A stretch of 64,000 nt of DNA from an uncultured Phycisphaerales bacterium (GCA_963844715.1 CAWJPJ010000007.1:384001-448000); one strand, 5' to 3'. Positions 41,341 through 53,392 are shown, numbered from the stretch's first letter. A program made the numbers and translations. Notes: generated by a model not told the origin, from the sequence alone.

Positions 41341-42130
41341 GCAGTGCGGTCGTTTTGCAGCACGTTCCTTATGCCGGTCCGGGGCGAATTACGCCGATTT
41401 TCAGGGATTTTGGGATACCAGTGGAGATTCGCCGGCTCTATCAGGGGGATGAGGTTCCAACTGATCTGGAAGCGATTCGAATCCTGATCATTCTCGGCGG
41501 GCCGATGGGCGTGGCGGACGTGGGGGATTCGAAATATCCGTTTTTATCGCAGGAAGTGGAGTTGCTGAAGCGGATGATTCATGTGGATCGGCCAGTGCTG
41601 GGGATTGCACTGGGCGCTCAGCTGCTGGCGCATGCGGGGGGGCGAAGGTTTGTCCGCTGACGCGGCCGGGGGCGAAGCCGGAGGATCCGCCGGTGCCGGC
41701 GCCGGAATTGGGATGGGGCCCGGTGACGTTTCCATTTCCGGGCGGGACGGAGCCGATTGTGCTGGGGATGATGGACGGGGCGCCGATGTTTCACTGGCAT
41801 TTTGACGCCTTTGATTTGCCGAAGCTTCCACCGCCGCCGGGCGCGCCGCCCAATGCTGCGACGGGGAGCGCGCTGTTGAGTTCGAGCCGGGCGTGCAAGA
41901 ACCAGGCGTTTCGGTTCAAGAACCGGTTGTTCGGATTTTTATATCACATCGAATGCACGCAGCCGGAGATCGAAGGGATCGTCGGGGCGGGTCGGCAGGA
42001 GGCGGCGAAGTGGTTGGGGCCGGATGGGGATACGAAGATTCGGCAGGAGACCGGGAAAGTGTACTCGCGCTACGATCGATTGTGCGCTCGCCTGCTGGGG
42101 AATGTGGTGCAATTTTTGAAGGTTTATTGA
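41337..42130 (+). CDS. Class I glutamine amidotransferase-like protein (frameshift near 41640)
   Basis: LQH; LGGPMGV; PVLGIALGAQLLA; ELGW; FHWH.D.FDLP; NQAFR; YHIE. Confidence 0.85.
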
Positions 42131-42178
42131 TTTCTGCGCGGGGAACCGCGAAGGTCCCGATGCTGGGGCCATTAGGTT

Positions 42179-43657
42179 TTGAAACCGCTTCTGGCTCAGA
42201 TTCGCCGCCGCAAGAAGCCGTTCGTGCGGCCGTGGGCGCTGGCGACACCGATCGCGGTGCTGCTGGTTTGTTTGCCGCTGCTGAGGCCGCTTCGGCATCC
42301 GGGGCAGGTGAGCACGGACGAGGAGCTTCGGCTGGCGACGATCTCGGCGCTGGTTGAGCATCGTTCCTGGAATGCTCCGCTGGCGGACCGGCTGGCGATC
42401 GACGAGCGGCTTTTTTCCGCCGATTCACATCTGATCAGCGTCAAAGGGAAGGTATATAGCGATCAGCCGCCGATGCTGGCGTTTTTGCTGAGCGGGCCAT
42501 ACCGAATTCTCAGGGCGTTTGGGTATCAATTGCGGGACTATTCGGTGCTGGTGCCGTATCTGCTGACGCTGATCGGCTCGACGCTTCCGGCGGCGGCGGC
42601 GGGGGGATTGGTGTATCGGCTGGCGCGGACGTTTGAGCTGAATCGCCCGCTCAGGGCGGCGCTGGCGGCAGCGGTGGTGTTTGGGTCGGGCCTGGTGAGC
42701 TATGCGGTGGTGCTGAATCCGAACGTTCCGGCGGCGGCGCTGGTGCTGGGTTCGATGGGATGCCTGATTCATCTGGCGGCCAGTCCGGACCCGAAGCGCG
42801 GCGGGTGGTGGATCGTGATCTCAGGATTTTGCGCGGCGCTGGCGGCGACGATCGATCCGTGGGCGACGGTTTATCTGCTGATGCTTTTGATCGTGATTCC
42901 GGCGATGCGCGTGCCGCTGCCGATGCGGTTTGGCGGGCTGGTTCTGTATTTGCTCGGGGCGGCGCCGCCGATTTTGCTGCATGCGGTGCTGACGGTTCCG
43001 GTGACGGGAAATTTGCTGCCGGGGTATATGCATCCGGAGCTGGCGGCGACGCCGCGCGGAGTTGATGCGGGGGATATTTCGGGCGACGACGACAACGGCG
43101 CGGATATCGTGGACGATGAGGATTCGGGAGTCTGGTCGAGCTTTTGGCGCGGGACGGGGAGGCTGACGACGGCGCTGTTCGGCGCGCATGGTCTTCTCGT
43201 GCATTTTCCGGCGGTGATTCTGGGGTTCGGGGGCATGCTGGCGGTGATGCATCGGCATTGGCCGACGACGACGAAGCTTCTGGCGGGGGTGAGCGCGGTG
43301 GCGCTGGTGGTGGCGGTGTTCGCGTGCGCGGCTGGAGGTGGAGACGGGGGATCGGCGGCGGGATTCGCGAATCGGAGTTTGCTGGTGTTCAGTCCGATTT
43401 TATTTTTCTGGACGGGGGCGTGGCTGAGACGGGCGCATCGTCCGGGGGTGTGGTGGATCGCGGGAGTTTTGCTGGCGTTTAGCGTGATCGTTTCGCTGAT
43501 CGGGGCGACGGATCCGCTGCCGCGCGGGGGGTATGATCGGTATACGGTGGCGGGGGCGCTGCATCATTTGCTTTATCCGAGAACATCAGTGGCTCCGCCG
43601 GCAGTTGGGCTAGGGGGATCGATGATGGGGAATTTCGGAACTTTGTCTTCGTACTAG
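42179..43657 (+). CDS. Polytopic membrane protein, possibly a GT-C glycosyltransferase
   Basis: DE motif after TM1; YSDQPP; more than 10 TM segments. Confidence 0.6.
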   Translation: MKPLLAQIRRRKKPFVRPWALATPIAVLLVCLPLLRPLRHPGQVSTDEELRLATISALVEHRSWNAPLADRLAIDERLFSADSHLISVKGKVYSDQPPMLAFLLSGPYRILRAFGYQLRDYSVLVPYLLTLIGSTLPAAAAGGLVYRLARTFELNRPLRAALAAAVVFGSGLVSYAVVLNPNVPAAALVLGSMGCLIHLAASPDPKRGGWWIVISGFCAALAATIDPWATVYLLMLLIVIPAMRVPLPMRFGGLVLYLLGAAPPILLHAVLTVPVTGNLLPGYMHPELAATPRGVDAGDISGDDDNGADIVDDEDSGVWSSFWRGTGRLTTALFGAHGLLVHFPAVILGFGGMLAVMHRHWPTTTKLLAGVSAVALVVAVFACAAGGGDGGSAAGFANRSLLVFSPILFFWTGAWLRRAHRPGVWWIAGVLLAFSVIVSLIGATDPLPRGGYDRYTVAGALHHLLYPRTSVAPPAVGLGGSMMGNFGTLSSY

Positions 43658-43744
43658 TCCTTATTGCGATTGTTCCGATTGCCTTTTTCATTTTCGGATG
43701 GCCGCGATTGACTGTGGTTCGGCCGCGGATTGGGTAATTTCTTT

Positions 43745-43856
43745 TAAGACAAATGCAATGCAGGGGAGGCGGGAGAAAAACCATAGGGCCCATCCTGCGG
43801 AAACTATCGGAATCCTCCCCCGCACCCCCTCCACCCTCTTTTCCTTCCCCTCAACC
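43745..43856 (+). repeat. ~115 bp dispersed element containing motif copy D (43790-43812)
   Basis: Aligns with the reverse complement of 23972-24085. Confidence 0.85.
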
Positions 43857-44008
43857 GTCCGGGTAGGGGGCAAGACAGCGGCTTGACCCGCCGGGCGATA
43901 ACTTCGCGATGGTTGCTTTCATGTCCGGATCGCAGACCAGGCAGAACTCTTCTAGTCCGATGGGTCCGCAAAGATCACGTGCGCGTGGGTCGGGTGAGTA
44001 TGGAAATC

Positions 44009-44733
44009 CTAGCTGATAGCGGCGGCGATAGCCTCGCGGAGATCGACGGCGCCTTCGTAGAGGCTTCGGCCTACGATTGCGCCCCAGAGGGAGAGTTTGG
44101 CGAGTTGGCGGATGTGGTCGAGATTGCCTACGCCGCCGCTGGCGATGACGGGGATTTTCCTGCCTGGGCGATGGCTTGGGTTTGCTGGAAATTGGGGCCG
44201 GTCATCATGCCGTCTTTGGCGACGTCGGTGTAGAGAATCGCGGCGACGGGCCAATTGGAGATTTGCGTGGCGACGTCTGTTGCGGTTCGGCCGGTGGTTT
44301 GCGTCCAGCCTGCGGACGGCGATGTTTCCGTCCTTGGCGTCGAGGGCGAGGATGAGGCGGTTGCGATATGCGGGGTCGTGGGCGATGGATTCGAACCAGG
44401 GCCAATCTTCGATGGCTTTGGTGCCGATGACGACGCGCTGGACGCCGATTCGAGGAGGAGATCGATGTCTTCGCGGCGGCGGATTCCGCCGCCGACTTGG
44501 ACCGGGAAGGCCGGCGGTGGCGACGATTTTGGAGATGAGATCGGTTTGCATGGGCCGGCCTTCCTTGGCGCCGTCGAGATCGACAATGTGCATCCATTTT
44601 GCGCCGGCCTGCGGCGAAGGCTGTGGGCGGTTTCCAACGGGTCGACGGCGTAGTTGAGTTGCCGGGCGTAATCGCCCTGCTGGAGGCGGACGACTTGGCC
44701 CTGGCGAAGATCGATACTGGGAATGACGATCAT
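44009..44733 (-). CDS. hisA: ProFAR isomerase (several frameshifts)
   Basis: MIVIPSIDL..GQVVRL.QGDY; HIVDLDGA; QVGGGIR; YTDVAKDG; IASGGV; GAIVGR.LYEG. Confidence 0.93.
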
Positions 44734-44783
44734 GGACACGTTCCGAGTGTCTGCGAACAATAGCAATGAGAACACACAACTCG

Positions 44784-46139
44784 ATGGATGAGAGGCTTAC
44801 AAAACTTGCGGAAAAGGCCAAGGGGCTTCCGAAATCGCCCGGCGTTTACCTGATGAAGGACGAGGAGGGGCGCGTGATTTACATCGGCAAGTCGGCGTAG
44901 CCTGCGCGACCGGGTGGGGAGTTATTTCACTCCGGCGACGAAGCTGGAGCATAAGAAATCGGGACTGCTCGATCAGGTGGTCGATTTTGAAATTGTCGAG
45001 ACGGACAGCGAAGTCGAGGCGCTGCTCGGCGGAGAATCGGCTGATCAAGGATATCCAGCCGCGGTATAACGCGCGGTTGCTCGACGATAAGACGTTTCCG
45101 TATTTGATGGTCACGACGGACGAGGAATTTCCGGGGGTGTATGTCACGCGCGAGCCTAAGAAGAAGGGAGTGAAGCTGTATGGTCCGTTCACCAGCGTGG
45201 GTGGGTTGAAGGACGCGGTGACGCTGTTGCAGACGGGCGATGAAGTTCCGCACGTGTCATCTGGATATTCGGGAGGACGATGACAATCGGCGATTTTTCC
45301 GGCCTTGTCTTCTCTATCCGATTAAACAATGCACGGCGCCGTGCGCGGCGAAAATATCGAAGCAGAACTACCGGCAGGACATCGCGCGATTGACTTCGAT
45401 TTCTGGATGGGGAAAAGAAATCGGTCATGGAGTCGATGGAAAAGGAGATGCTAAAGGCCAGCGTGGACCAGGATTACGAGACGGCGGCGAAATTGCGGGA
45501 TGAGATCAAGGCGCTGAAGGCGCTGGGCGGCGCGGGCGCGAAGGGGGAGCAGGAATATTGGCAGCCGGAGGCTTTTGTTACGGACCCCAAGGAGGGGATG
45601 TCGAAGCTTCAGGAGGTTTTGGGTCTTCATGAAACGCCGCGAATTGTCGAGGGGATCGACATCGCGCACCTGCAGGGGGGTGAGATGGTGGGGAGCAAGG
45701 TGTGCTTCATCGACGGGGTTCCGTTCAAGAACGCGTATCGGCGTTATAAGATCAAGCACGGGGAGGGGAATAACGATTACAAGAGCATTCAGGAAGTTGT
45801 TTCGCCGGCAGATATCGGGAGGCTGGGGCGAGCAACGAGTTATATCCGGATGTGATTCTGATCGACGGCGGTCTGGGGCAATTGCATGCGGCGATGGAGG
45901 TATTCAAGACGATGGATGTTCGTCCGCCGATGGTTGTTTCGCTGGCTAAGAAAGAGGAGCTGGTGTACGTGCAGGCGCGGAGCGAGCCGATCCGGCTGGC
46001 GCGGAACAATGCGGCGCTTCGTCTATTGCAATACGTGCGGGACGAGGCGCATCGATTTGCGCAGCATTACCATCACATCCTTCGGCGTAAGTCGCAGATT
46101 GCGCAGGATGCTGAGCGGAAAGAAGGGATTACTGACTAA
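44784..46139 (+). CDS. uvrC: Excinuclease ABC subunit C, short form (several frameshifts)
   Basis: PGVYLM..IYIGK; PRYN..DDK; CLLY....C.APC; DYE.AAKLRD; EGIDIAH; LIDGG.GQL; RDEAHRFA. Confidence 0.9.
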
Positions 46140-46250
46140 AACCGGTTTCGACGTTATCGAGGAGACGATTCAGGGTCGGTGAATATCCTTTTTTGGGGCC
46201 CTCCTTCGGCGGCGTCGCCCCATCGAGCGGATGCTGGTAACATTCGCCCG

Positions 46251-47943
46251 ATGGCAGGCTGAAGCGAACAAAATCATTTATTCGATGATCGGCGTGGGAA
46301 AGTCCCACGAGAAGAAGGTCATTCTCAAGGATATTTATCTCTCCTATTTCTACGGGGCGAAGATCGGGGTGCTGGGGCTCAACGGGTCGGGGAAAAGTTC
46401 GCTTGCTGCGGATACTGGCGGGGGTGGATAAGAAATTCGAGGGGCAGATCAGCATTCAGCCGGGGTACAGCGTGGGGTTTCTGCCGCAGGAGCCGCAGCT
46501 GGATGAGAAGCTGACGGTTCGGCAGATCGTCGAGCAGGGGATGCAGTCGACGCTGGATCTGCTGGCGGAGTTTGAGCGGATCAATGAGAAGCTGGCCGAG
46601 CCGATGGACGATGCGGAGATGACCAAGCTGCTGGAGAAGCAGGGGGCGGTGCAGGAGAAGTTGGACGCGGTGGGTGCGTGGGATTTGGATGCGCAGCTTG
46701 AGATGGCGATGGATGCGCTGCGCTGCCCGCCGGGGGATGCGGTGGTGAAAGTTCTGTCGGGCGGAGAGAAGCGGCGGGTGGCGCTGTGCCGGTTGCTGCT
46801 GCAGAAGCCGGATGTTTTGCTGCTGGATGAGCCGACGAATCATCTGGATGCGGAATCGGTGGCCTGGCTGGAGCAGCATTTGGCGCGATATGCGGGGACG
46901 GTGATCGCGGTGACGCACGATCGGTATTTTCTGGATAACGTGGCGGGGTGGATTCTGGAACTGGATCGCGGGCAGGGGATTCCCTGGAAGGGGAATTATA
47001 CATCGTGGCTGGAGCAGAAGAAGGCGCGGCTGGAGCAGGAGGAGAAGTCGGAAAGCAGCCGGCAGAAGGCGCTGGCGCATGAGCTGGAGTGGGTGAGGAA
47101 GAGTCCCGATCGGCGCGGCGGGCGAAATCGAAGGCACGCCTGGCGGCGTATGAGGCGATGCTGAACCAGAACGCCCAGAAGCAGGCGTGCGGAGATCGAG
47201 ATTTATATTCCGCCGGGGCCGCGGCTGGGGGCGAAGGTGATCGAGGCGGTCGAAGGTGACGCAAGGCGTATGGGGAGAACGTGCTGTTGCAGGAGATGAA
47301 TTTCATCCTGCCGCCGGCGGCGATCGTGGGGGTGATCGGGCCGAACGGGGCGGGGAAGACGACGCTGTTTCGGATGATCACCGGGCAGGAAAAGCCGGAT
47401 GCGGGGGAGATCAAGCTGGGGGAGAGCGTGAAGCTGGCGTATGTGGAGCAGAGCCGGGATGCGCTGGCGGCGGAGGCGACGGTCTGGGAGGCGATCAGCG
47501 AGAAGCAGGAGAATATCAAGCTGGGTGCGACGCAGGTGAATTCGCGGGCGTATGTATCGCGGTTCGGATTCAGCGGGACGGATCAGCAGAGGATGGTGGG
47601 GACGCTTTCGGGCGGCGAGCGGAATCGCGTGCATTTGGCGCGGATGCTGAAGCAGGGGGCGAATGTGCTGCTGCTGGACGAGCCGACGAATGATCTGGAT
47701 GTGAATACGATGCGGGCGCTGGAGGAGGCGATGGAGAATTTCGCGGGGTGCGCGGTGGTGATCAGCCACGACCGGTGGTTTCTGGATCGGATGGCGACGC
47801 ACATTCTGGCGTTTGAGGGGGAGAGCCAGGTGAGATTGTTCGAGGGGGGGTGGTCGGAATATGAAGCGGATCGGCACCGGCGTATGGGGACCGAGGCGGA
47901 TCGGCCGCACCGGATTACCTATCGCAAGCTGACCAAGGGCTGA
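46251..47943 (+). CDS. ettA: Energy-dependent translational throttle ABC-F ATPase (frameshifts)
   Basis: [65 protein letters not shown]. Confidence 0.95.
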
Positions 47944-47946
47944 GCC

Positions 47947-50320
47947 ATGTCGATGGTGACGATTCAGGAGGCTCTGGAGCGGGCGAAGCAATGTCACCGG
48001 GCGGGGCAACTGGCGGAAGCGGAGAAGATTTACCGGCAAATCCTGAAGGCGGAGCCTCGGCAGGCGGATGCGATGCACCGGTTGGGGCTGGTGGCGTTTC
48101 AAGTGGGGAATAAAGAGACGGCGCTGGGGATGATCAATCATGCCATCGAGGTGAATCCTTCGGCATCGGAGTACCTCAGCAATCGGGGGATGATTCTGGC
48201 GTCGCTGGGGCGATGGGGTGAGGCGCTGGATGATTATCGCCGGGCGATTCAGTTACATGAGAATTATCCGGAGGTGCATAACAACCTGGGCAATGCGCCT
48301 GCGCGCGATGGGTCGGAATGAGGAGGCATTGACCTCTCTGCGGCGGGCGCTGGAGATTCGGCCGGACTATCCGGAAGCGCACAACAATCTGGGGATCGTG
48401 CTGCAATGCATGGGGAAACTGGATGAGGCGATCGCGGCTTTTCGCAAGGCGGTGGAACTGCGGCCGGATTTCGCGGAGGGGTGCAAGAATCTGGGCGGGG
48501 CGCTGGCTTCGGCGGGGAAGTGGGAGGAGGCGATTGGCGTATGCAAGCGGGCGACGGGGTTGCGCTCGCGCGATCCGTCGGCGCTGGCCAATCTTGGCTA
48601 CGCTCTGCGCGGCGCGGGGAGGCATGAGGAAGCGATCGCCGCCTATCGGCAGGCGCTGGCACTGGATTCTAATTTCGTCGAAGCGCTCGACGGACTGGGG
48701 AATGTATTTCTTCTTCAACAACGATTGGAGGAGGCGGTGGCCTGTTATCGGCAGGCACTGACGCGCGATCCGAATCACATGGAATCGCACTTCAATTTGG
48801 GCATCGCGCTACAAATTCAGGAACAGACGGATATGGCGATCGCGGAGTTTCGCGCGGCCGTCAAATTGCGGCCGAACCACGTCGACGCGATTAACAATCT
48901 GGGCGTGGCGCTTCAATGCAAAGGGGAATTGGAGGCGGCGATCGAATGCTATCGCAGGGCGATGCAGCTAAAGCCGGGATACGTGGAGGCGTGCATTAAT
49001 TTGGGGAATGCCATGAAAGATCGCGGGCGATTGAACGAGGCACTTTTGCCGTATGGCCATGCGTCGCCGTCTGGGCCCGAGGATACGCGCGTGGGTTGCA
49101 ATCGGCTTTTTGCAATTCAATACCATGCGGATTATGGCGCCGCGGCGATCTTGCGCGAGGCGCGGGTGTGGAATGAGCGGTACGCCAAGCCGTTGGCCGC
49201 CGAAATTCCGCGGCACGAGAACGATCGCGATCCGGGACGCCGATTGCGGATCGGGTACGTGTCGCCGGATTTTCGGAATCATTGCCAATCGCACTTTACG
49301 ATTCCGCTTTTGTCGCACCACGATCACGAGAAATTTGAGATTTACTGCTACGCGAATGTGGCGCGCCCTGACGATCGGACGCGGCAAATTCAGAGTCATG
49401 CGGATGTCTGGCGAGACATCTTTGGGATAAGCAACGCGCGTATTGCGGAGGTCGTGCGGAAGGACGCAATCGACATTCTGGTGGATTTGACGATGCATAT
49501 GGCCAACGGGCGGCCGCTGGTTTTTGCGCGGAAGCCGGCGCCGGTGCAGGTGGCTTGGCTGGCATATCCGGGGACGACGGGGATGGAGGCGATGGATTAC
49601 CGGCTGACTGATCCTTACCTGGATCCGCCGGGGATGAATGATGGGTTTTATAGCGAGAAGTCGTTTAGGTTGGCGGAGACTTTTTGGTGTTATGATGCGC
49701 TGAGTGAGGGTCCGGGGGTGCAAGCACCCCCGGCTTCGCGGGATGGGGTTATCACTTTTGGGTGTTTGAATAATTTTTGCAAGGTCAATGAATCGACGCT
49801 GAAGCTGTGGGGCCGCGTTCTGGAATCGGTGCGAGATTCGCGGCTGAAGTTGCTGTGCCCGCGCGGGTCGCATCGCGCGGCGGTGATCGAACGACTTGGA
49901 GTGCCGGAGAATCGAATCGAGTTCGTTACGATGCAGCGGCGCGAGGAATATCTGAGGGAATATCATGGGATCGACGTGGCTTTGGATACCGTTCCCTATA
50001 ACGGGCACACGACGAGTCTGGACGCGTTTTGGATGGGGGTGCCTGTGGTGACATTGGTGGGAGAGACGGTGGTGGGGCGGGCGGGGTGGAGCCAGTTGTG
50101 CAATTTGGATTTGAAGGAATTGGCGGTGCGCAGCGAGGAGCAGTTTGTGCTCACGGCGACGGCGCTGGCGAACGATCTCGTGCGATTGGCGGACATGTGC
50201 GCGGGGTTGCGGGCGCGGATGGAGGGATCGGCGCTGATGGACGGAGCGCGATTTGCGCGGAACATGGAATCGGCGTACCGCCAGATGTGGCGGAACTGGT
50301 CACTGGTCGGGGGCCGCTGA
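47947..50320 (+). CDS. TPR + GT41 O-GlcNAc transferase-like (SPINDLY family) protein, copy 1 (frameshift near 48297)
   Basis: About 10 TPRs; LRIGYVSPDF..H; DILVDL; KPAPVQVAWLAYPGTTG; FGCLNNFCK; DVALDT.PYNGHTT. Confidence 0.92.
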
Positions 50321-50343
50321 AGCGGGGAGCGAAGGGCTGAGCC

Positions 50344-52771
50344 ATGTCGATGGTGACGATTCAGGAGGCTCTGGAGCGGGCGAAGCAATGTCACCGGGCG
50401 GGGCAACTGGCGGAAGCGGAGAAGATTTACCGGCAAATCCTGAAGGCGGAGCCTCGGCAGGCGGATGCGATGCACCGGTTGGGGCTGGTGGCGTTTCAAG
50501 TGGGGAATAAAGAGACGGCGCTGGGGATGATCAATCATGCCATCGAGGTGAATCCTTCGGCATCGGAGTACCTCAGCAATCGGGGGATGATTCTGGCGTC
50601 GCTGGGGCGATGGGGTGAGGCGCTGGATGATTATCGCCGGGCGATTCAGTTACATGAGAATTATCCGGAGGTGCATAACAACCTGGGCAATGCGCCTGCG
50701 CGATGGGTCGGAATGAGGAGGCATTGACCTCTCTGCGGCGGGCGCTGGAGATTCGGCCGGACTATCCGGAAGCGCACAACAATCTGGGGATCGTGCTGCA
50801 ATGCATGGGGAAACTGGATGAGGCGATCGCGGCTTTTCGCAAGGCGGTGGAACTGCGGCCGGATTTCGCGGAGGGGTGCAAGAATCTGGGCGGGGCGCTG
50901 GCTTCGGCGGGGAAGTGGGAGGAGGCGATTGGCGTATGCAAGCGAGCCACGGGGTTGCGCCTGCGCGATCCGTCGGCGTATATCAATCTCGGTTATGCGC
51001 TGCACGGGGCGGGGAAATCGGAGGAGTCGATCTCGGCTTACAGGCAGGCGCTGGCGCTGGATCCGAATTCGGTCGAGGCGATGAATGGGTTGGGATGCGC
51101 GTTGCTTGAGACGCTGCGGATGGAAGAGGGGGCGGCCGCCTTCATGCAGGCGCTGTGCGCGATCCGAATCACGTGCAATCGCACTACAACCTTGGCGTGG
51201 CGCTTCAGGCGCTGGGGCAGACGGAGGAGGCGATCGCGGAATTGCGAGCAGCCATCGCGCTCAAGCCCAATTTCCCCGAGGCTTTGAGTAATCTCGGATT
51301 GTCATTGCAAGACAGGGGGAGGCTCGACGAGGCGCTCGAATGTTTCCGGGCGGCGGTCAGGCTAAATCCGAATTATGCCAATGCGTGCAACAACCTGGGC
51401 AACGCGCTGAAAGATAGCGGGAGGCTTGATGACGCGATCGCAGCCTACTCGCACGCCGCGCGGGTGAAGGGGGAGAATCCTCGGGCGTTGAGCAACCGGC
51501 TGTTTACGCTGCAATATCATCCGGACTATTCGGCGGCGGATATTTTTCGGGAAGCGAAGGCGTGGAATCAGATGTATGCCAAGTCTTTGGCGAGGGATAT
51601 CCGGCCGCACGGGAACAATCGTGATCCGGAGAGGCGGCTGCGCGTGGGGTACGTGTCGCCGGATTTTCGGAGTCACTGCCAGTCACTGTTCACGATTCCG
51701 CTTTTATCGAATCACGATCGGAAGGGGGTTGAGATTTTTTGTTACGGCACGGTGGCCCGGCCGGACGAATGGACGAAACGGATTCAAGCTTGCGCGGATG
51801 TTTGGCGAAGCACAATCGGATTGAGCGATGCGCGGCTGGCGGAGATGGTGAGGGGGGATGGGATCGACATCCTCGTGGATTTGACGATGCACATGGCGAA
51901 CGGTCGGCCGCTGCTGTTTGCGCGGAAGCCGGCGCCGGTGCAGGTGGCGTGGCTGGCGTATCCGGGGACGACGGGGATGGAGGCGATGGATTATCGGTTG
52001 ACTGATCCTTATTTGGATCCGCCTGGGATGAACGACGCGTTTTACAGCGAGAGGTCATTTAGGTTGGCGGAGACGTTCTGGTGCTACGGGCCGGGGAGGG
52101 TCCGGGGGTGCAAGCACCCCCGGCTTCGCGGAATGGGTTCATTACGTTCGGGTGCTTGAATAATTTTTGCAAAGTGAATGTGGAAACACTGGAGCTGTGG
52201 GGGCGAGTGCTCAAAGAGACGGGGAATTCTCGGCTGAAAATGCTGTGTCCGGAGGGGGGCGCACCGAGCGGCGGTGATTGAGCATCTGGGAATTGAGGAG
52301 AGTCGCGTGGATTTGATCGCGGTCAAGCCGCGTCCGGAGTATTTGACGGAATACCACGGGATCGATGTGGCGCTCGATACCGTCCCTTATAACGGACACA
52401 CGACGAGCCTGGACGCGTTTTGGATGGGGGTGCCTGTGGTGACATTGGTGGGAGAGACGGTGGTGGGGCGGGCGGGGTGGAGCCAGTTGTGCAATTTGGA
52501 TTTGAAGGAATTGGCGGTGCGCAGCGAGGAGCAGTTTGTGCTTACGGCGACGGCGCTGGCGAACGATCTCGCGCGATTGGCGGAAATGCGCGCGGGGTTG
52601 CGGGCGCGGATGGAGAGATCGGCGCTGATGGACGGAGCGCGATTTGCGCGGAGCATGGAATCGGCGTACCGCCAGATGTGGCGGAACTGGTCACTCGGCC
52701 GGGTGGCGGCGCAGCCGCTTGGCGGCGGTGACGAGGGCGAGGCCGGCCAGACCGGCGAGTCCCTGCCATAG
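50344..52771 (+). CDS. TPR + GT41 protein, copy 2 (several frameshifts)
   Basis: Same motifs across ORFs 50344, 50703, 51155, 52081 and 52274. Confidence 0.9.
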
Positions 52772-53392
52772 CGCGGCCGGAAGCGGGACGGGTGGCGTCG
52801 AGCCGTCGACGGGCACTTCCTTGAAGGTGAAGGTGGTGCCGAGGCCGAGCGGATCGGCGTCGATCATGAGATCGCCGTCGGTGCCGATGCCCCAGAGGGA
52901 CGTGGCGAGATTGGCTTGGGTGCCGCCGCCGTAGACGACGGCGGGGTTGCCGTCGATGGTCGTTGTGCTTTCAGTGGAGAAGACGCCCGACGGAGGAGAG
53001 AAGGGCGAGTTGAGATTGCTCGCGAAGGAGGCGCTGGAGTTTCCAGAATTAAGCAGGATGAAATCGAAGCCGGACCAGGATTCACCGGTTACGTTGGTAA
53101 TCGATTCATCGGTGAAGTCGATGACGGGTTTTGCGCTGCTTGAAGTTTGCGTGAAGGTGATGAGGAGCCCTTCCCCAGCGCTCGCTTCGGTGAAGGTCGC
53201 GGCTTTTTCGACGTTGAGCTGCCCGCTGGGCTGACTGGGATCGGAAACGAGCGCCAACCCCGAGAACGTGGCGGTCCAGCCGCTGTCTCCGATGTTAGTC
53301 AGAACGGTGGCGGCCCGGGTGGGGGATGCCATCCAACCCATTAGAGCGGACGAAGCGGCCAGAGTTATCGTAAGTTTTTTCTTATTGAACAT
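52691..53392 (-). CDS. Secreted VPLPA-CTERM (PEP-CTERM-like) protein
   Basis: Signal peptide; Ser/Thr-rich body; VPLPAALWQGL + TM + KRLRR; GGAGG RBS. Confidence 0.9.
   Translation of the reverse strand: MFNKKKLTITLAASSALMGWMASPTRAATVLTNIGDSGWTATFSGLALVSDPSQPSGQLNVEKAATFTEASAGEGLLITFTQTSSSAKPVIDFTDESITNVTGESWSGFDFILLNSGNSSASFASNLNSPFSPPSGVFSTESTTTIDGNPAVVYGGGTQANLATSLWGIGTDGDLMIDADPLGLGTTFTFKEVPVDGSTPPVPLPAALWQGLAGLAGLALVTAAKRLRRHPAE

Noticed and set aside
47935..52695. Diversity-generating retroelement TR/VR pair
   Set aside because: No reverse transcriptase, and the differences are not adenine-specific; it is a whole-gene duplication
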